NCBI GenBank assembly: GCA_976551045.1
Contig: CDPCPM010000231.1
Location: 3,596,001 to 3,660,000 of the forward strand
Source of the DNA: Glaucostegus cemiculus
Taxonomy: Eukaryota
Length of the DNA: 64,000 nt
Direction of reading: 5' to 3'
Under the pieces are notes generated by a model that did no database searches, had not been told where the DNA came from, and worked only from the letters and a program-made list of their open reading frames with translations. Below, piece after piece: positions 14,013-27,175 of the stretch (positions within the stretch are counted from its first letter, which is position 1; every line of letters begins with the position of its first letter). The translations under genes and the position numbers were made by a program.

Positions 14013-15129
14013 CAGATGTGGTTTCAAATATTGAAATGTATTCGATGTTCTGGTGTGGTGACTGTACTGCTGTGTTACTGTCATAGGAACTCAGAAACAG
14101 AGTTGCCTTCTGATTCAACTGACCCTTTGGAGTGATGACCAAATAGCTATTGTAAATAGTGGTACAAAATGTTGTAACTAGATCCCTGCACAAATCCAAG
14201 AATTTACTTATTTGTCACTTTTGTAAGTTGTTAATAGAATACCATAATTGTAATTGGTTAATGCTAAGCACAAGAGAATTGAACCACACACATCTTCAAG
14301 CCACAATAACAAAGCTGAAACCACACTTCAAAACCCAAATACAAGCTTTGAATTAACAAAAATATTCTTTTTTCCTCATTGTGCAAAATGGAATTAAAAC
14401 ATTGTCTATACAAGATTTAGATACTGGCCCCAAAATAAGCTATTCAACACATCAGAATTAAGAGTTTTCCCAATTTAAATTGGTCCTTTTATTAACATTA
14501 TAGGCCTTGCTAATTTCATGGATGGATTAAGAAGACAGTGTGTTTATTAATGCACATCTGTTTCAGTAGTTACTGCCATTTTTCCATCAATCTGAAATTA
14601 TTTTGGCTGTGGTGACCAAGCTATCAATACAAAGCCAAATAGTGCAAAAGGCCATCTCATATCAAGATGAATTCACATTTTATAAGTCCAGCAATATGCC
14701 AAGCCATATTTAAAACTGGCAGTCCTCCTTTTCCAGTCTGGCTGCTTCTCCTTGTTCAATATAACTGGAGATATTCAGGTTAGATGACCAGAAGATTTAT
14801 ACCAAAACTCCATCCTCAAAGAAATAAATTTAACTAGAGCAAGGAAATCATTCACTCACATTTTGAACAACTGTATCATCAGGTAGAACCTCAGAACAGC
14901 AGGGGCTGAGCAGTAAAACTAACAAAATCCAAAATAAAATTTATGTATGTATGAAATAAGAGGGATGTCTTCCTTATCAAATAATATCTTTCCATGTTAA
15001 GAGTAAAATATTTTATTCAAATTTCTCTTTTATTGCTTTTAATTTTTTCATCTTTTGTTGGAATATTTGCATCAAATTGTGGCCAATGCAACCACCGGTA
15101 TTCAGCACTTCCCAGAAAACTCAATTCCA

Positions 15130-15890
15130 ACATGGAGCAGAGTAGTCGCAAGTTGGGAATGTGCTGAATGACTAGTCTGTTGCTGAACTCCATGTGGAGT
15201 CAGATGAAGGCAGATTTTATTATCCATATCTACTTTTGCTGAATGGTGGCTCCTGAGATATAGAATTGGTCCACATTTTCCAAGGTCTTGTCATGAGCCT
15301 TTATTGCAAGAGGGCAGCAGGGGCAGGTGAGTCAATGATCTGGTCTCTGCAGATGTTGAGTGCAAGGCTATAATTACTCCCTTTTGCTTTGTTGAACGAA
15401 TTGATGATGTCTTGGAGCTCAACCGTTCAGCATGCACAAACACAAGTATCATCTGCATTCTGTAGCTTGAACACTGAGGTTCAGGTGTACTTGGTACTGG
15501 AATGTAATTGCCATAGGTCGAGCAGTTTTCCTTCAGTTCCGAAAACCAGTTCCACTCCACGGGATATTTGTTGGAGTCGAAGTGCAAAATTGTGGAAAGA
15601 AAGATTGAAAAAGCATTGGAGCAATGGCATAGTCTTGTTTTGACACCAGTCTTCACAGATGTGGACCCACTGGTTAGCATGCTGCTGTGGAGCAAGTGTA
15701 AGGTGGAACTGAATCACTATGACAGCCAAATTTGAAGATGGCATTCCATGGTACCTCCTGGTTGATGTAGTCAAAGGATTCAGTAAGGTTGAAGGTGGCC
15801 AGTACCGTTCCTTGCATTTTTCTTGGTGTGGTCATTCCAACTGAGAGTCTGGATGGAGAGAATCCACACTTGAAGGCAGACATTAATGAT
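15130..15890 (-). mobile_element. RTE-clade LINE RT fragment
   Basis: Minus ORFs give CGFSPSR, FNLTESFDYINQEVPWNAIFKFGC and SVKTGVK..., which are RTE/BovB-like RT motifs broken by frameshifts. Confidence 0.75.
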
Positions 15891-16084
15891 AAAATTCACC
15901 ACCACCTACAAAAGACCTGTACAACCTTTGTTTGACTCAGAAAAAGGGTAATTAAAGATTAAGACTTCAGACCTGTCCCAAAACTCATCAACTCGCAGGC
16001 AGCAGTGACTCTGCCATCCCAGGTGCTTCCAAGACTTGGAGTACCTATTGAAGGCTTTCTGAAGGCAAAAGACATGAGGCAAAC

Positions 16085-18330
16085 AAGATTCAAGATTTAC
16101 TTCATTGTCATTTCTCTGAGTATTTACATACACAAAAATAACGAAATACTGTTTCTCACCAGCTCATATCAGTGCAACAAAAAGAACAGTGATAAATATC
16201 TAAAACATCTCTAAAGCAAAACTAAAAACATATCGACACCAAATATTCATGTCTGTTAAAGTGAATCTATGTACTAATAAGTGCTTATACAGTTCAAAAA
16301 TAAGTTCAACTTATCAGGTAACAAACTATCAAACTGTTTCTGTATTGATGTGAGTATGTACGTGTATGTGGAGGGAGAGCTTGTCGGTGGAAGTGGAAGG
16401 GGACACAGTCCATTTACGATCCTGACTGTTTGTGGGTAAAAAGCTGTTCGGCATCCTACTAGATCTAGAGGAGATGCTCCTATACCTCTTCCCCAATGGC
16501 AGGAGGGAAAACAAGTCCTTAATAATGGCTGTAGCTCTGCAAACGCAGTGTTGTTGATAGATCATCAAAAAGGGGAGAGGGGCACCGATGATCTTGCTAG
16601 TTGTCTTCACCGTCCTATTTAGCTGCTGTTGTTTGTAAGCCTTGCAGCTACCAAACCAGGAGGTGAGGCAGTAGGTCAGGATGCTTTCACTGGTGCCCCT
16701 GTAAAAAGTGATGAGGTGTGGAGTAGGGAGGCCTGCCTTTCTGAGTCTCCAGAGGGGGTAAAGCCGCTGCTGGGCTTTTTTTTTTTAACAGTGGCTGCAG
16801 TGTTAATAGTGGAGGTCAGATCATCCGCTAGGTGAACCCCCAGGAACTTAATGTTGCTGACCCTCTCCACAACAGCACCATCAATAGTCAGCGGTGTATG
16901 ATCGTGCTTGCCAGCCCTCCTGAAATCAATCACCATCTCCTTTGTTTTGTCCACACTGAGGGCGAGAATGTGAAATCTGCACCACGCTGTTAGCTGCTCC
17001 ACCTCCATCCTTTCTGCAGACTCATCATTGTCACTTAGAAGACCCACCACTGTTGTGTCATCAGCGAACTTAATGCTGTAGTTGGTATTCAATCTGTCAA
17101 TGCAGTTATGTGTGAGCAGACTAAACAGTAAAGGACTCAGGACGCAACCTTGAGGTGAGCCTGTGCTCACTGAGATGGTTCCTGATGTATGACTGCCAAC
17201 TCTAACTGTCTGCTGCCGCTGCGTCAGGAAATTAAGGACCCAATTGCAAATGCCAGTGTCCACCCCTAACAGCCTCAGCTTTTCCACCAGCTGTTGTGGA
17301 ATGATTGTGTTAAATGCTCAGCTGAAGTCGATGAAGAGGATCCTGGCGTATGTGTTCTTCCCCTCCAGATGTGAAGGTATGAGGTGAAGCAAAGTGGAGA
17401 TTGCATCCTCTGTTCATCGATTGGTTCTATATGCAAACTGTAGGGAATCTAAGTTTGCAGGGAGACAGATCTTAATATGCTGCATGACCAGTCGCTCAAA
17501 GCATTATTATTGGTGTAAGGGCCACAGGGCAGAAGTCATTCAGGCAGGCTGGGTTTGACTTTTTAGGGACAGGAATAATAATGGCACTTTTGAGGCAGGT
17601 GGGCACTACTGCCTGGCTGAGTGAGATATTAAAGATGTCAGCAAAGACATCCTTCAGCTGCTCTGCAATCCTTTAAAACACATCCAGGAATGTTGTCCAG
17701 CCCTGCAGCTTTACGTGGATTGACGCTGGCGAAGGCCTTTTTCACTCCAGCTGTAGACAGCTGAAGTACCTGGTCTCAATGATGGTGGAAGCACCTGTGC
17801 CCGAACGGTGTTATTTGCCTCAAAACGTGCATTAAAAAATTAAGTTTATCTGGTAAAGAGGGTCATTGTGACATATCCACGGGGTAGGGGGTGGGGGGGG
17901 GGGGGGAGGGCTTGTAATTGTTTGAAATCCCTGCCACAGACGACGTGTGTCCTTGTTGTTCCTGAAGTGGCTGTTAAGTTTCTGTCCATACAGCCTCTTC
18001 GCCTCCCCGATCCCCTGGGACAAGTTTTTCCTGCCAATCTGTATGCAGCAATGTCCCCAGATTCAAATGCAGCATCACGGGCTCTCAACAGTGAACAGAC
18101 TTCCCCAGTCAACCAAGGTTTCTGACTGGCCTGCACCTTGATGGTTTTTGACCACAGTCACATCATCTATGCATTTATTGATGTAGCCAATGACAGTCTC
18201 TGTGTATTCCTGCACATATGTTGCTGCCTCTTTAAAGATATCCCACTGTGTATTTTCAAAACAGTCTTGCAATGCTGGAATTGCTTCCTGTGGCCATATT
18301 TTAACTTCTCTGACCACTGGCTTGTCCCTC
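16085..18330 (-). mobile_element. Rex1/Babar non-LTR retrotransposon (5'-truncated, relatively young)
   Basis: ORF 16676-17287 [25 protein letters not shown]...[18 protein letters not shown]...[12 protein letters not shown]...[11 protein letters not shown]. Upstream pieces [18 protein letters not shown] and [14 protein letters not shown] are also Rex1-type. Confidence 0.92.
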
Positions 18331-19479
18331 GAAATTCAAGGAAGGATAAGCTAACCAACATCAGCATCATCCATGGGCGGCTCAGCCATTACATGACAGG
18401 GCAGACTTGGGTGGCCAGTCGGCCTAATGCCAATCCTATTTTGTGTTCTTGCAACCACCCAATGTGTAGACAGAGCAATTAGGATGGTACTGAGAACCAT
18501 GAAGAGAACAGAGCAGCATTGTATAAGCAGCAGAAGGAGCATACCACCTCATAAACTAGCACCCACCCACCCCATTGGCCACCACCTACCCCATCTATGG
18601 AGGAGTTGGTGGTTCCCACATAAGTCTTACTTGCAGCCTCAGAACACAAAACCAGAGCAGAAGCAAGACATCTTTAATCCGAGGGGTCTGCCCAAGAAGA
18701 ACAATGGCAGACCTAGATTGTGCTGGGATTATGCTGAGCAATCTGCCTCTCCAATTCTACACCAACCACATTGGGGATAGGATCAGTCTCCACTTATTTC
18801 AATAGAAATTCCTAACCTGGAAATTAGGAGGGAAAGTGTGCTATTTTAACGAATTGGTTTAATATTTTTTAAATATTTTAGTTTTTAAATGTGTTTTCTA
18901 CTTACTTGAACAATATTTATAACAGTTTCATAATTAAAATTGGTTTACATAATTTAAATATGGGAATAAGGAGACTGTAAACAACTGGGAATTAATAATC
19001 ATTTCACTAAAGCAAGAACAGTGCTAGTAATGTGTGATACTGGTTGTTTAAAAGACCCACATTCACGGTAGCTAAGTCTAACAAAGATGGAACTGGGCTG
19101 ATCATGAAATATGAAGATGTACTGTCAAGTAAAGGAAAAAGATAGCTCAGCAGAATGGTAGTTGACAAGTAAGATCACGAAAAAAATCTGCAAGTCAAAG
19201 GAAGGATTCCAAGAGGGAGTAAATAAGTCCAATGAGAGAAACCACAAGCAACAGGGCAAAACAGGAGGGAAAGAGATTGAGGTTCCAGGCAACAGATGGT
19301 GACCATCATCTTGGTTAGGAATTGCTTCTTTAAAACTGATGCAAATTACTTAAAAAATCTTGTAACCCACAGAGGTTTACCCAGAGTGTTTTGTCATAGT
19401 CATAAAAACATCTCTTCAGTTAAATTAAATTTAATACGGTGAGTAAAGCCAAAGTACAATTGGCAGAAATGAAAAATCT

Positions 19480-19670
19480 TACAGCTCAGAGAACAGATGA
19501 CTGAAAGCTGGGGGTCATACTTGATGACTTGGGGGTGTTCTGCAAAGCAGTCTACCAATACATGTTTGGTCCCTCTAATGGGGAAGAAACCATATCTTGA
19601 CTAATACAATGTTCTAAATTGAATGATGTATAAATAAAATCATTGCCTCATCTGGAAATAAGGAACAATA
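19480..19670 (-). mobile_element. Penelope-like GIY-YIG endonuclease remnant
   Basis: Minus translation FQMRQ*F...YGFFPIRGTKHVLVDCFAEHP resembles the PLE motif FQVRQRFTC...CGLLYIGETKRRLGDRFAEH. Confidence 0.65.
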
Positions 19671-19859
19671 CCTCATTTTGTCATTATGCATATCATGGCC
19701 TACCAGACTCTAAATTGAATTTAAAATAAAAATCAACTAATGAGCATTCCAGTAATTTCTACTTCCATTTAAGCATTATATTCTCTTATGATAATTTTAT
19801 AATACGATTCTATTTTTCCCCATTATGCTGACTCTAATCCGATCTTTACTTGTCCCATT

Positions 19860-20095
19860 ACCACACAATTTAATCTAACCTTGTCATCACTATCATTTTA
19901 TGTCTGCTGCTTTCCATCATAGACCTCTTTCATTCACTTCTCCCCATCCACTTTCCTTTGTATAATGAAACCCGTTTATCTGCTACATTTCCCAAGTTTG
20001 AAGAAAGAACATCAACCTGAAGCTCTTACTCTGCTTTACCCTGCACAACTGGTGCCTGACCTATTGAATACTTCCAATATTTTTATTCATCATTC
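19860..20095 (+). mobile_element. Penelope-derived 3' end, degenerate
   Basis: Pyrimidine tract, then ttgaagaaagaacatcaacctgaagctc...tgcctgacctattgaatacttccaatattttt (family tail). Confidence 0.5.
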
Positions 20096-20889
20096 GAGGC
20101 AGGCATGGTCTCCTGTTGAGAATCCTTCTCCACATCAGTCTCTCTTAAGCTTGTAAATTTCGCTGTAAATTTCAGCTACTTTAAGAACTGAAGAAAAGCG
20201 AAACACCTGCACAATTGAAACTGCAGCCACTCAGTAAAAACAAACAGTATCTAACGAACAAGTAGATGATGATCCCTTTTAACAGTGCTGGGGGTGGTGG
20301 TAGCAGCTCATTTACAGTCATGCAGCCTGTGTACTATATTGAAAGTAGTTTCAGCTGAAGCACGATATTAAATAAGCACACTGACAATGTCATAGACCAT
20401 CAACTCGGCATACTTTAACAGGCATTAGCAGCACATATGCTCACACTACACACTGTGCAACTAGCAAAGTGCCAAGTACAACTGGACATTATTGCAGAAC
20501 TGCCCCACCCGCCACATCCAGAAACTCAACCTTCAGAGCCAAATTATGTACCCGCAGTGTGCATTCATCTGTTGCCTCCTTTTACATTAATGAAAGCAAC
20601 TGTTTATGCCAGGTCTCTCTAGACACCTCTTAAACAGCCGAGGTATACTCCATTAGTTTTATTGCAACTGCTGGGATAATGTTGCTTGGAAGCGGAGGTC
20701 CAAGCCTGAAGCTATTAAGAAGATAGAATTGAACTTCAGGGACATCATAAAATTGGACAACTTGGCAAGGTTTGTCTTAACTTTTAAATCAGTTTGTAAA
20801 AACTTTCTGAACATTACAGGAGGCCATCTGGAAATAATCTTGTAATTATAGCTTCATGTTACACCAAATAAGTCATTAAGAGCCCTTGG

Positions 20890-22345
20890 GTTATAGAATC
20901 GTACAGTGTGGAAACAGACCTTTCTGCCTGAATTGCCCATGCTGACCAAGGTGCCCATCTATATTAATTCCATATCCCTCTATTCCTTTCCTATCCATGT
21001 ACCTGTCCAAATGCTTTTAAACACCAGTCGTACTTGCTTCTACCACCTCCTCTGGCACCTTGTTCCAAATACTCACCACCTTCTGTGTGGAAAACCTTGC
21101 CCTCATATCTCCTTTAAATATTCCCCCTCTCACTTTAAACCTATAGAGGATGTAGGTTTTGGACTCACCTACTCTTGGAAAAAGGCTATAACTATACCCT
21201 ATCTATGCTCATCATAATTTTGTAAGATCACCCCTCAGCCTCCTGTACTCCAATGAAAACAGTAACAACCCATCCAATCTGTCCATGTAACTAAAGCCTT
21301 CCATTCCAGGCAACATCCTGTTCAATCTCTTCTGCAATCTTCCTAGCAATGCCACATCTCTTATGCCGTAGTGACCAGAACTACACACAGTATTCCAAGT
21401 ATGATCTAACCAATGTCTGTTACAGCTATAACTGTCCCAGCTCTTATACTCAGTACCCTGACCTGTGAAGGCAAGCAAACTAAATATCCTCACAATGCTA
21501 TCTATCTGTATCCCCATTTTCAGGGAGCTATGAACTTGTACCCAAAGATCCCTCTGTACATCAATTTTTCAAAGATCCCTGCCATTTAGTGTATATGTCC
21601 TGCCAGTATTACATGATCTAAAATGTATTACCTCACAATTAGCTGGATAAAATTCTCTCTCAGTGCTCTGCCCAATTTTCCAGCTGATCTATGTCCCTCT
21701 GTATCCATGGATAACCATCCACACTATCCACAACTCCAACAATCTTTATGTCATCAGCAAACGTACTTATCAGATATGACAAACAAAAGGTCCCAGCACT
21801 AATCCTTGTGGTGCACCACCGGTTACAGACTTCCAGCCGAAGAAATGACACTCTGCCACAACCCCCTGCCTCCTATCACCAAGCTACTTTTGGATCCAGT
21901 TTACCAAAACACTATTGACACAAGGCTCACCTGCTTGTAGATTCCTGACTTATCCCAACCATTGTTGAATATGGGCACAACATTAGCCACCCTCCCTCTT
22001 CTGGTACCTCATCCATAGCTAAAGATGATGCAAAAATCTGTCAGAGCCCCAACACTGTCCTCTCTTGCTTCAGGCAAAATCCTAGGATTGATTTCATCAG
22101 GCCCTGGGGATTCATCCACCTTAATATGTGTCAATATCTCTAACTCTTCCTCTTTCCTCATACATATGTTCCAAACCATCAGTGTAGGCCTCACCTAACT
22201 CTCCATCCTCCCATCCTTCTCCCTGGTGAATATGGACATGAAGTATTCATTCAGGGCATATCAGCTAGCTCCACACAAAGACTTCCTTCTTGGTCCCTGA
22301 GGGGACCTACTGTTTCACTAGCTACCCTCTTACTTCCAATATATT
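20890..22345 (-). mobile_element. CR1 LINE with 3' end
   Basis: Minus ORFs contain LGRLQKRLNRMLPGMEGFSYMDRLDGLLLFSLEYRRLRGDL, STFADDIKI..QRDIDQLENWAE and ESPGPDEINPRIL; CR1 3' UTR tail at ~20890-21100. Confidence 0.9.
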
Positions 22346-25300
22346 CTAAAACTTTACTTCAATTTTAATAGCACTTTGAAATAAAACTGAACAAAAATGC
22401 AAAGACTATTGCTTTTTTTTTAAAAAAGGTAACTTCATTTTCCTTCCTAAATCCTTGCTGTGAAATCAATGGGACTTCTTCATATCCTGTGCCAGGTCTG
22501 ACTCGGCACAGGATCAGGGTAACAATTTCTTGAATGTGATCCCAACAAACAGGCTCCCAAGACCAAACGAGGAGATGCCCCATACTTGCAAGTAATTTCA
22601 ATGAATGCACAAGAAGTGCTGTTCCTGACCTTTACAGCTAATGAAGCAATTTTGTAGTGCATTAACTGTTAAAATGTAGGATATTTTATATGAAGCCAAA
22701 TCAAACTAGGCTTTCAGCATATTTTCATTTATTAACGATTTTTTTTGTATGTCAATGGGGATTCCAGAGCAAAGATTTACAAAACAAAATGAAGTTATCT
22801 TCAAAAATTATTGTTTTGTATTTTAAATTTAAATCTACTAACATTGAATTAAAATTTTTTAATGTCTTAAAACCCATTAAAGTTAATTCTTCAAACTTAA
22901 CTCAGTTTTTAACTGTAGTAATCAATTAAGCAAAAATTTCCAAAATTATTGAAGTGGACTTTTTAAAATTACAATTAGTGAGATATTTTAAATCTCATTT
23001 ATCCTCCTAGTACATAAATCAAATCTTCAATTGTGATCAACACTGACACCAGTAACTTTCTGCATGGAAAACAGAGTTTAAAATGTATTGGATGTATATT
23101 CTTCCTTAACTAAAACAACAGCAGTTAGGGACATTACTTTAAACAAAGGAAGTTCCACAATAAAAAAATACTGAAATCATCTGAAATAGCAAGGCAGTTC
23201 ATCCATTTGAGGACAGAATGTTCTGTTGTCAATGATCGGATTAGTCTAGAGGTCACATTAACAAATGTCTTTTCCTTGACTACAGAAGTGAGAGCACTAA
23301 GCAATGCCGACATCACAATTTCAATAGGATTATGGAATTTCAGTAGGATTATGGAAATTGCTATCTGCAAGATCATTAAGTGGTGCAGGTTTGCTTAATA
23401 CTTAGGAACTTCTGTTAGATTTTCAAACAATTTTTTTCTCCCACTGTAACAGAAAACTCACGTTTTCAAACTTTCGGTTGTCATGAGTTTAATCTGATGT
23501 TCAAATGTAATCCATTTTATTACTTTAAAAACTATTAAATTTCTTACTGCTTCACATCTTCTAAGGTTATGACATCACCAGATCCTGCATAACTTTCATT
23601 CATAGCAAGTCCACCTCTGAGTTTACCACATTGTTCTTCCCTCCCAACCTCCACATCACAAAACTGCCCTTCTGTTATTGTTCAAATAAATCATTTAAAA
23701 GTATTACTTATGCAAATAGAAAACCTGATTTTGTAACACACGTGGGTCAACTGGGGTTAATGTCTATTAGATAACTGGCATATTCTGGATTTATTTTTAT
23801 TATTCCAAACATATGGACTGTATAGATTCTATCCAATTTCTATTGTTCTACCTCATTTCATCCTAAATGAGGATGCATGAATTATCATATCAGACAGATA
23901 GAAGTCTGGCTGTTTAATTCTGCAGAAATGTCAGCAGAATCAAAAGATTGTACTTCAACACACAGGCAATTTGGTGATATTGTTATTCCCTGCTTACATC
24001 CACCTTTTGAGTTGTTCCATGAAGTATTAATACAATCTAGGATTTAAAATATTGCCTATTTCAGAATGGTAAAGCCTTTTACTCATCCAAGTACCTCAGA
24101 ATATTAATAAGTGGTAGTATTAACGGCAGAAAATGTGCAACTTGACAACATCTCTTTTTGATGGTTCAGCAAATATTATGCACTACACTGTAATTTTAAA
24201 TTAACTAGTCCTCACTGGAATACAAGCTCCAATACTTTACTCAGTTGTTTTATTATGGCATGAATACAGATTGGTTCAGTATCACTTCTCTTGACTGCAT
24301 TGCCAATTTACACATAGTATACAAGAACTCACAGATGATTCATTCACACTTTTGCAAGGAAAGCCAACTCCAGTCCCTTGGCTACTCACACATGCAGAAG
24401 CAATATAAGACAACTCAATTCTCACTGGAGCTTCACTGTACTAAAAATACCTTGCCTCCTGTATAATCATCCCACAAAAGTTCCTTATCACACAAATGTA
24501 GAGCAGGGCTTTGTTTGAACATGCATTTGCAGGTTTTTCTTCTAAATCTATAACACTGCTCATTAAGTTTTCTACTATTTTCTTCCAGTGTAATAAATAC
24601 CTCAAAGCTACCTCTATCCCCTACCACATTTACCTTGTAACTTTAAACTAATTTAATTTACGTTTTGTCTTCCAGATATGATCTATCCTTGTTACTTCCA
24701 GTCCTTTGTTCTTTGGGGATTTCTAATGTTGAATCAGTACTAGAAGCTTCCAGAATATGGAATTTTAGAATTAATTAGATAATTAAATATTGTATTGAAT
24801 TTAGTATTATAAAACTATTTAGAAGTTTCATGAAGTTGTTAAAGAATCATTTTTTTGGTCAAAGAACACTTTTGTTTCTCTGCGATGGAAAAAAGCTTAC
24901 AATAGGTATGTTTAACATTTTACGCAAATAACACTTTATTGATATGAAGTATTTCAGTTGAAGAAATTGATCTGGTGTCAAAACTAAATAATTTAAGTTC
25001 GACAACAAATCCGAATGTTCCAAGCTATCAACTATGTGGATAATAAAACATTTGTTTCTCAACTTTGTTATCTCAAATTAGTACAGTATTTCAGATAAAT
25101 TATAATTTATGAAGCATAAATATTATGACAAATGATAACTACTTTTATAAAGTACATTGGAACTGATTTTACACAGGTGTTGGGAACAACTTTTACATCC
25201 ACATAATAAGCGAAACTAATGGATTCATAATTTATTTCTAGGGGATGTGATAATGTGCACAGTATACTTGCTTCATGTCATATTGCAGCCTTGATACAGT

Positions 25301-25959
25301 TACATTGTTTACCCATGGAACCTCATTAAACTCCCCCAGCTGAGCTATGGACTTAAACAAAAAAAACTGCAATGTGTATCGATCCCTTCCAATTTGGCAA
25401 CTGTTTGAAAATTCAAAGAATGCCTGGGATACAAGCTTATGTGTGCAGATTGATTTTATTGAGTTTATTTTGTGTAAAAAAAAATACCATCACACATCAC
25501 TTACCATCTTCTGGTCTTGCGTTGGACACAAGGTTATTGATCACTTTACAAAACGGTGTACTTCAATCATATTGGACTTCTGACCATGATTTCAATATAA
25601 ATTCCTTTACAAATGTTGTACATGATGGTGTTCAACAATAAACTTATTTTAATAACAACAGCACTTTCAGTTTTCTAAAACAGAAAATAATATTTTCATG
25701 GAAATGTCTTGGGATGAACAAGGCTTCCCTTTCATGAAAGGTAGCATGGGCTGTAAGTAGTAGGGAAGCAGAAGATTTTATAAGAAATGTAACTCAAACA
25801 TGAAAGACTGTTCTGCAGAGCAGCACAGAGCCAGTGCAAATAGTTGTTGCATTCCCTCAGCAAAAGCAGAGAGCAAAGAATAAAAGAAAACTGACCTACT
25901 TCTTTCAGCATTACATTTTCTCAACTCTGTAGAATGAACTCTATCCTCGGTTATTACTG

Positions 25960-26228
25960 CAAAAAGGCCATTCGGCCCTTCCCATTAACCTCTCCCGATT
26001 TCCCTCTTCTCCTGAACTTTTTCTCTCTCGCATGCAGATCAACAACATGTCAATTCCTTTGCCATTACTCTACACCAAGGAGTTATCTCAAAGGCCAAAT
26101 AACCTACCAGTATTTCTTTGGGGTGTGGGGAGAAAACTAGAGCACATGGTTACAAGCAAAAAAAATGCAAGCTCAACAAAGATAGCACCCAGAGTTAGGA
26201 TCAAATTCAGGTCCCTGAAGCTGTATTC
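25960..26228 (-). mobile_element. HE1-like V-SINE
   Basis: Reverse of a tRNA-derived head (acagcttcagggacctgaatttgatcctaac), a V-domain-like core (tggtaggttatttggcc) and a CR1-type tail (gggccgaatggcct). Confidence 0.75.
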
Positions 26229-26599
26229 GATGATGTTTGACACATGGCTGTTGGATCATTGTACAAAGCAATGTAATTCAATCATATTGGATTCCTGACA
26301 ATGGTTTAAATATGAATTCCTTTACAAAAGGTATTCAAGATGGTGTTCACTGGCAATGGTGTTAACTGCTCTACTACCACACTGAATGGAGACAGGTAGA
26401 ATAAAGCAACGTGCTGCACAAGAGGTCATTTGAACTGGTGTGTCTGTTCTGGCAATAAACGTGTCCCACAGCCAGCTTCTTCCACAGGCATCATTCTCTT
26501 CCTTGTTCACAGTCTAAACCCTTCAGGCAGTTTACAACATCAGTGTATTTGTCACAAAGCATAGTTTTCATCTACACCAACTAAAACACAAAATTCTCA

Positions 26600-27175
26600 C
26601 TCCACCTCCATAATTTTGCCTGACCCCCTTCCCCTGGATCAATTCACCTGCTGCTGAAAGCCTCTCTCAGCCTTGGCTCTCCTGGTTAATTTCCACATCA
26701 GAAAATCCTTCCAGATCTCAGTCTTTTGGAACCATTACAAGTACCATTCACCTATTATGCCTGTGCTTGCTTACCCACCTGGTCCCTATTCCGTAAACCT
26801 CAAATACTATGATCTTCTTCCTCGTTTTCAAGTCCTTCCATGACCTTGTCTTCCCTCCTGAATGAACACTACTACTCTACCAAAAGCCCCACCTCTGCAA
26901 ATTCCTCCAAATCTCTGCATGCTTTCAATGCTGCTGTCTTGCAAATTCGAGGTATTTAAATGTTCCATCACTGGCAACTGTGCTTTCAGCTGCCTTGGCT
27001 GCATACTCTGGAATTCCCCTCATAGAGAACTTTGACTTTCTCGCTTTTTCTAATGCTCCTTAAAACTGAGCTCCCGTTCAATGGCTTAGTGTCAAATTTT
27101 TGCCTGATACCAATACTGTTATGCACCTTGAAACTTCTTTTATTGGAGATATTTGAAAACGCAAATTGTTTATAG
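26600..27175 (+). mobile_element. L2 LINE 3' end
   Basis: ttcaagtccttccatgaccttg...gctttcagctgccttggc...ctctggaattcccctc...tccttaaaact, the typical L2 terminal ORF2/3' UTR pattern. Confidence 0.7.

Noticed and set aside
16676-17287. Longest ORF (203 aa) as a host gene
   Set aside because: Rex1/Babar reverse transcriptase fragment bounded by frameshifts.
18330-18805. GC-richer segment with a 117-aa plus-strand ORF next to the Rex1 element
   Set aside because: No recognisable motifs; probably an unidentified TE fragment, so it cannot be supported as a gene.
25110-25300. CGCKSC cysteine cluster as a transposase CXC domain
   Set aside because: The context (followed by YWTD-like repeats and paralleled by two other EGF-like units) favours an EGF-like repeat of the fossil receptor.
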